32,000 bases of DNA from Propionibacteriaceae bacterium (GTDB lineage: Bacteria > Actinomycetota > Actinomycetes > Propionibacteriales > Propionibacteriaceae). Shown here one piece after another: positions 27,880 to 32,000 of this stretch; the first letter of the stretch is position 1, and the number at the start of each line of letters is the position of its first letter. Both the position numbers and the translations under genes were made by a program. The stretch spans positions 60,001 to 92,000 of the forward strand of contig JAIRQE010000006.1 in NCBI GenBank assembly GCA_031256725.1, written 5' to 3'. The notes under the pieces were generated by a model. The model searched no databases and was not told the DNA's origin. It worked only from the letters and a program-made list of their open reading frames with translations.

Positions 27880-28793
27880 GCATATGGAATCGACCCATTG
27901 CCCAGTCGCCTTATCCTCTGAGTCTGGTTCATGAGGGGGAGGATCCCAAACAGGTTTCTGTACGTTTCATGGGCGGGATGATGGTGCTCATGGTCATTGC
28001 AGCTTATGCAGTGATCACCCCTGTGGTGAACAGTGGGGTCGTCTACCTTGGTTACATGTTTGATGGTCAGGTTCTGTCGTGGCCGCAGTACTTTGAGCAG
28101 GCTCGGACCTATTCGATCATCTGGGGTCTTCTCGGCTCCCATCTGGGATTGGGTTCCATGATTCTTGTGATCTGGGCTTATTTCCGTTTCATTCACCGGC
28201 GCCGCATGGAATGGTTGTGGTCAGTTTCCCCTGGTGTCCGATGGAGGTACGGGATACTCTGCGCAGGGGTGGCTCTTGTCGTTATCGGCGCAGTGTGTAC
28301 CTACCACTGGATGACAGGGCCAGGATGGGCGCCCATCAACGGATGGCCGTTGTATTGTGGGATGATCCTCATCACAGTACCGATCCAGGCACTTGCCGAG
28401 GAAGTCATGTTCCGGGGGTACCTCATGCAACTGTTTGGATCCATCGTGCATAACGTGTGGTTCCCGATTGTCGGAACGGCTCTGGTTTTCGCTCTCTTCC
28501 ATGGGGTACAAAACCCATGGCTGTTTGGTTCACGATTCGTCTTTGGGGTTATTGCTGGGATCCTTGTGTGGCGTACGGGTGGACTTGAGGCTGCAGTGGC
28601 CATCCACATCGTTAATAATCTCCTCGTCTTCGCTCTTGCTATTGTCACTGGGACTCTCGTCGAGGTTCGTACCGCCACTGAGGCTCCCTGGACTCAGACG
28701 GTGACCGACACTGCAATGTTTGCGGTGTGTGCTATGGCCTGCTTGGGGTTGGCAATCAAGATGAGGGTGCCTATTGTGGTACGAAAACGCTAG
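27876..28793 (+). CDS. CPBP (CAAX/Abi) family intramembrane metalloprotease
   Basis: Motifs EEVMFRGYL, FALFHG and HIVNN in a polytopic membrane protein. ATGA overlap with the FAH gene stop. Confidence 0.8.
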   Translation: MSIWNRPIAQSPYPLSLVHEGEDPKQVSVRFMGGMMVLMVIAAYAVITPVVNSGVVYLGYMFDGQVLSWPQYFEQARTYSIIWGLLGSHLGLGSMILVIWAYFRFIHRRRMEWLWSVSPGVRWRYGILCAGVALVVIGAVCTYHWMTGPGWAPINGWPLYCGMILITVPIQALAEEVMFRGYLMQLFGSIVHNVWFPIVGTALVFALFHGVQNPWLFGSRFVFGVIAGILVWRTGGLEAAVAIHIVNNLLVFALAIVTGTLVEVRTATEAPWTQTVTDTAMFAVCAMACLGLAIKMRVPIVVRKR

Positions 28794-28956
28794 TGAAAAC
28801 CAGTATTTACTTCTGAAGTGGAACAGTGGCCTCAGGGACTTTGGTCACGGTCATATCCTGATTGAGATGTTGCGCTTCAATTTCTTTATAAAAACTAGCC
28901 TTATTTCTTATATAAATCAGGCGTGAGCGTTAACATCTGGGTACGAGAACCTCACG

Positions 28957-29007
28957 AAAAATAAATGCCACCTACTGGCTTTATTGGCCAGTAGGTGGCA
29001 TCTTGTT
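28957..29007. terminator. Bidirectional intrinsic terminator (14-bp perfect stem)
   Basis: TGCCACCTACTGGC (28966-28979) pairs with GCCAGTAGGTGGCA (28987-29000), with a 7-nt loop. The minus-strand tail is TTTATTTTT and the plus-strand tail is TCTTGTTT. It sits immediately 3' of tRNA-Glu. Confidence 0.8.
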
Positions 29008-29083
29008 TGGCAGCCCCGAAGGGATTCGAACCCTCGCTACCGCCGTGAGAGGGCGGCGTGCTAGACCGCTACACAACGGGGCC
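29008..29083 (-). tRNA. tRNA-Glu (anticodon CUC), CCA encoded
   Basis: Reverse complement GGCCCCGTTGTGTAGCGGTCTAGCACGCCGCCCTCTCACGGCGGTAGCGAGGGTTCGAATCCCTTCGGGGCTGCCA. Anticodon stem CCGCC/GGCGG with loop CTCTCAC. Confidence 0.9.
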
Positions 29084-29133
29084 ACGCGCTTGCGCGAAGA
29101 TAAGTGTAGCAGAAGTTTTCACTGGAGTCTTAC

Positions 29134-29163
29134 TTGAGCAAAGACCCCTCAGTCAGCTAAAGT
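29134..29163 (+). promoter_or_regulatory. Candidate tRNA-Gln promoter: -35 TTGAGC, 18-nt spacer, -10 TAAAGT
   Basis: Read directly. The -10 ends 23 nt before the tRNA 5' end. Confidence 0.35.
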
Positions 29164-29186
29164 TAGTCCTCGGCAGTAAGCTCCCA

Positions 29187-29258
29187 TGGGGTATGGGGTA
29201 ATTGGCAGCCCTACGGATTCTGGTTCCGTCAGTCTAGGTTCGAGTCCTAGTACCCCAA
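29187..29258 (+). tRNA. tRNA-Gln (anticodon CUG), CCA not encoded
   Basis: Acceptor TGGGGTA/TACCCCA, anticodon stem ACGGA/TCCGT with loop TTCTGGT, T-arm CTAGG-TTCGAGT-CCTAG. Confidence 0.9.
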
Positions 29259-29269
29259 CGTAGACCAAG

Positions 29270-29306
29270 AACAGCGTGAACAAAGTTCGCGCTGTTGTGA
29301 TTTTTC
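29270..29306 (+). terminator. Intrinsic terminator after tRNA-Gln
   Basis: AACAGCGTGAAC-AAA-GTTCGCGCTGTT forms an 11-12 bp stem with one G-U pair, followed by GTGATTTTTCT. Confidence 0.7.
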
Positions 29307-29385
29307 TGGGCAGCGTGATGGATGCGTGTTGACGAACAAAGCGAGGAACACCCCAACGTGAAGGTTGAGAACACATGGAGCATGA

Positions 29386-30495
29386 ATGATGAAAGTCATC
29401 CGCAATTCTGAAGAAGACTCCAATCTCGATAGACTGGGGACCATTATGCGCGGAGAATACAAAGTACCTGGTGGGAAGCTTGTTGCGGTTGAAATTGAGG
29501 CAACGGATGGGGTGATTACTCAGGCCCATGTGGCGGGGGATTTCTTTCTGGAACCTGAGGAAGCTCTGGGTCGAATCAATGCCTCACTTATGGGCCTTAC
29601 CGTGGATGCTCGTGTTTCACAGATCGCTCAAGCAGTTGAGAAGGCATTGGATCCCAACGACTCCCTTATCGGTTTCTCTCCTCGTGACATTGGTTTTGCG
29701 TTACGCAGAGCAGTGGGTGCCTCAACGCGATGGGATGATCATGTCTTTGAGCTAATCAAGGATGGGGCGCGCTCTCCAGTGATGCATATGGCTTTGGATC
29801 AGGTTTATGCAGAGGCCATGTCCTGTGGGACGCGGGGCCCAACCCTGAGGATTTGGGAATGGGGAGCACCTGCTGTCGTGATTGGCTCCTTCCAGTCACT
29901 TAAGAATGAGGTTGATCCTGAGGGTGCAGCCCGTCATGGGATCACAGTCGTACGTCGGGTCTCCGGTGGTGGAGCCATGTTCATTGAGCCTGGAAACACC
30001 ATCACCTATTCCCTTGTTGTTCCAGGATCACTGGTGGATGGCATGAGTTTCGAGGAATCCTACGAGTACCTGGATTCCTGGGTGATCCTTGCCCTCAAAC
30101 AACTAGGGATCGAAGCCCGTTACGTACCCATCAATGACATCACCTCTCCTGCTGGAAAGATCGCTGGAGCTGCTCAAAAGAGATTGAAGGATGGTACGGT
30201 CCTCCATCATGTCACCATGGCTTATGACATTGACGCTACAAAGATGTTGGAAGTCTTGAGGATTGGCCGAGAGAAGATGTCCGACAAGGGTACCAAATCC
30301 GCTCAGAAGAGGGTTGACCCTTTGCGGTCCCAAACCCAGATGACCCGTGAACAGATCGTGGAGTCTTTTGTGGAGTCTTTCGCGAGCCAGTACACACTAA
30401 AACTCAGCCAGGTTTCACCTGACGAGGAAGAGGCTGCCACCACCCTTGTGGAAACGAAGTTTGGTACGCAGCAGTGGCTGAATCTTGTTCCCTAA
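29386..30495 (+). CDS. lplA: Lipoate-protein ligase, circularly permuted (accessory domain N-terminal to the catalytic domain)
   Basis: N-terminal EYKVPGGKLVAVEIEATDGVITQAHVAGDFFLEPEE resembles the LplA C-terminal accessory domain. The catalytic part follows: VVRRVSGGGAMFIEPGN and GKIAGAAQKRL. The alternative start ATG29446 (MRGEYKV) has GGGGA upstream. Confidence 0.7.
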   Translation: MMKVIRNSEEDSNLDRLGTIMRGEYKVPGGKLVAVEIEATDGVITQAHVAGDFFLEPEEALGRINASLMGLTVDARVSQIAQAVEKALDPNDSLIGFSPRDIGFALRRAVGASTRWDDHVFELIKDGARSPVMHMALDQVYAEAMSCGTRGPTLRIWEWGAPAVVIGSFQSLKNEVDPEGAARHGITVVRRVSGGGAMFIEPGNTITYSLVVPGSLVDGMSFEESYEYLDSWVILALKQLGIEARYVPINDITSPAGKIAGAAQKRLKDGTVLHHVTMAYDIDATKMLEVLRIGREKMSDKGTKSAQKRVDPLRSQTQMTREQIVESFVESFASQYTLKLSQVSPDEEEAATTLVETKFGTQQWLNLVP

Positions 30496-31961
30496 TCCTG
30501 GGAGGGTTTCCTGACTCGACGACGACGGCGTCTCTGGGGTGAGGATGTCTTAGCCTCACCGACTTTTTCGGGTACTTCGGTCTTCTCGCGGATAACCACA
30601 CCATTACTGCGGCGTTGGCGGCGACCCTCCTGGCGTTTAGCGGGTCTGCGTGCCTCGGCACCCTCACTAGCTTTCCGAGGAGTCTCTTCCTTGGCGGCTG
30701 GTTGAGCTATACGCCCTGTAGAACCCTCAGGGATGCCTAAGGCTTCCAAGAGTTCAGGAGTGGTTGAGTAGGCTTCCACAGGGTCTGAGAAATCAAGGTC
30801 GAGGGCCTTATTGATCATCTTCCAGCGAGGAATATCAGCCCACACTACAAGGGTCACCGCTGTACCACTACGGCCAGCCCTGCCCGTACGCCCAATGCGA
30901 TGGACATAGGTTTTCTCGTCATCAGGGCAGTCAAAGTTCACCACATGGGTCACATTGTCTACATCGATTCCTCGGGCAGCCACATCTGTACAGACGATGG
31001 CTTGAGCCTTCCCTGCTCGGAATTTCGCCAGGGATCGTTCACGAACAATTTGGCTCAGGTCTCCATGGATGGAGGTCACCTTGAATCCACGTTCGGTCAG
31101 ATCATCACTGAGACGCTGAACATCACGCTTGGTGGTACAAAAGATCATCATCCGGGTAGCCTCAGGATTTTGGAGAAGCTTGCCCACAATGGCGGGCTTA
31201 TCCAGATCATGGGCCTGGTAGACGAACTGTGTCGTCGCTGGAACGGTAGTGGCCTCGTGGCTGGTTTCAGCGCGGATATTGATCGGCTGATTGAGGTGGG
31301 TTCGAGCCAGTGTCATGATTGCCGAAGGCATGGTAGCCGAAAAGAGCATGGTCTGACGTTGTTTCGGTATGAAGGAGATCAGCTTCTCCACATCAGGGAG
31401 GAAACCCAGATCCAGCATCACATCAGCCTCATCAAGAACTAGGACGCTCACTGCACTGAGATCAAGATTGCGACGATTCACAAGGTCAAGGAGACGCCCG
31501 GGGGTACCCACAACAACATCGACTCCGCTAGCCAACTGATCAAGTTGGGGTTCGTATCCAACCCCGCCATACACGGTCACAATTGTGGCTTTGCCTGCGG
31601 AAGCTACTGTGAGGTCACCATTGACTTGGAGTGCAAGTTCACGAGTGGGGCACATCACCAATGCCTGTGGTCTAGAGTCCGGGGCAGGAAGGGTGATTCT
31701 CTCAAGAATGGGTAGGCCGAAGGCGAGGGTTTTCCCCGTACCAGTACGCGCCTGACCGATGAGGTCCGTGCCCTTTACTGCGATTGGAATGGACTGCATT
31801 TGTATGGGGAAAGGATATGTGATTCCTTCTGCAGCAAGTGCATCTACAAAGGCTGGGTTGATGCCGAGGTCGGCAAATGTCAGTGTTGATTCGGACAGGG
31901 TTCTCACCTTCAAAGTGTCCGCGCGAGGGCGCGATTCATAGTCTTTCAGGGCATTCACCAA
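30492..31961 (-). CDS. DEAD-box ATP-dependent RNA helicase with an Arg-rich C-terminal tail
   Basis: Q-motif FADLG..PFPIQ, then AQARTGTGKTLAF, PTRELA, TPGRL, DEAD, SAT and HRIGRTGRAG. The tail ends QRRRRRRVRKPSQD. The start is TTG31961 or GTG31958. Confidence 0.9.
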   Translation of the reverse strand: MVNALKDYESRPRADTLKVRTLSESTLTFADLGINPAFVDALAAEGITYPFPIQMQSIPIAVKGTDLIGQARTGTGKTLAFGLPILERITLPAPDSRPQALVMCPTRELALQVNGDLTVASAGKATIVTVYGGVGYEPQLDQLASGVDVVVGTPGRLLDLVNRRNLDLSAVSVLVLDEADVMLDLGFLPDVEKLISFIPKQRQTMLFSATMPSAIMTLARTHLNQPINIRAETSHEATTVPATTQFVYQAHDLDKPAIVGKLLQNPEATRMMIFCTTKRDVQRLSDDLTERGFKVTSIHGDLSQIVRERSLAKFRAGKAQAIVCTDVAARGIDVDNVTHVVNFDCPDDEKTYVHRIGRTGRAGRSGTAVTLVVWADIPRWKMINKALDLDFSDPVEAYSTTPELLEALGIPEGSTGRIAQPAAKEETPRKASEGAEARRPAKRQEGRRQRRSNGVVIREKTEVPEKVGEAKTSSPQRRRRRRVRKPSQD

Positions 31962-32000
31962 GAATGCCAGCGTTTAGTCTACTCTTTTCGGAAGGATTTC

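Noticed and set aside
27123-28196. 357-aa ORF antisense to the FAH and CPBP genes
   Set aside because: It is a shadow ORF rich in Arg, Ser, Pro and Thr with no motifs. The sense-strand genes have clear family signatures.
28867-28926. 19-aa ORF MLRFNFFIKTSLISYINQA downstream of the CPBP gene as a bacteriocin-like peptide (CPBP/Abi proteins can be immunity factors)
   Set aside because: It has no SD, no leader-peptide features and no export or modification genes nearby. It is too short to distinguish from chance.
28794-28965. Remnant of a deleted gltX
   Set aside because: The region is AT-rich, has no long frame, and shows no recognisable GltX motif (HIGH/KMSKS) in any frame I read.

Overview
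This is an actinobacterial chromosome segment. Evidence: mIHF, DUF3117, a DivIVA-domain protein, actinobacterial-type dapD/dapE and glgA/glgC pairs, and many leaderless-looking starts. From about 9.5 to 32 kb it is conserved housekeeping: dapD-dapE, a LOG-family gene, glgA/glgC, mihF-gmk-rpoZ-metK-priA-fmt-rsmB, leuB/ilvE-cimA, a FAH-family gene, a CPBP protease, tRNA-Glu/tRNA-Gln, a permuted lipoate ligase and a DEAD-box helicase. Positions 1 to 9.4 kb look like an accessory locus with different composition. Hand-counted 60-nt lines give 37-48% GC there, against 52-60% elsewhere. It ends at a tRNA-Gly. It is a lic-type (phospho-aminoalcohol) surface-glycan decoration locus with an unusual parts list: two paralogous tri-domain proteins (winged helix + LicC-like cytidylyltransferase + LicA-like kinase) flanking an EutH-family permease, a single LicD transferase, two GT4 glycosyltransferases and a flippase-like membrane protein. 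The most notable single signal is a G9 homopolymer inside licD. Slippage in either direction removes the conserved LicD C-terminus, so it is a candidate phase-variation switch. I saw no CRISPR array, integrase, transposase or recognisable defence or toxin genes. All calls rest on reading motifs by eye and on recalled family sequences. No searches were run.
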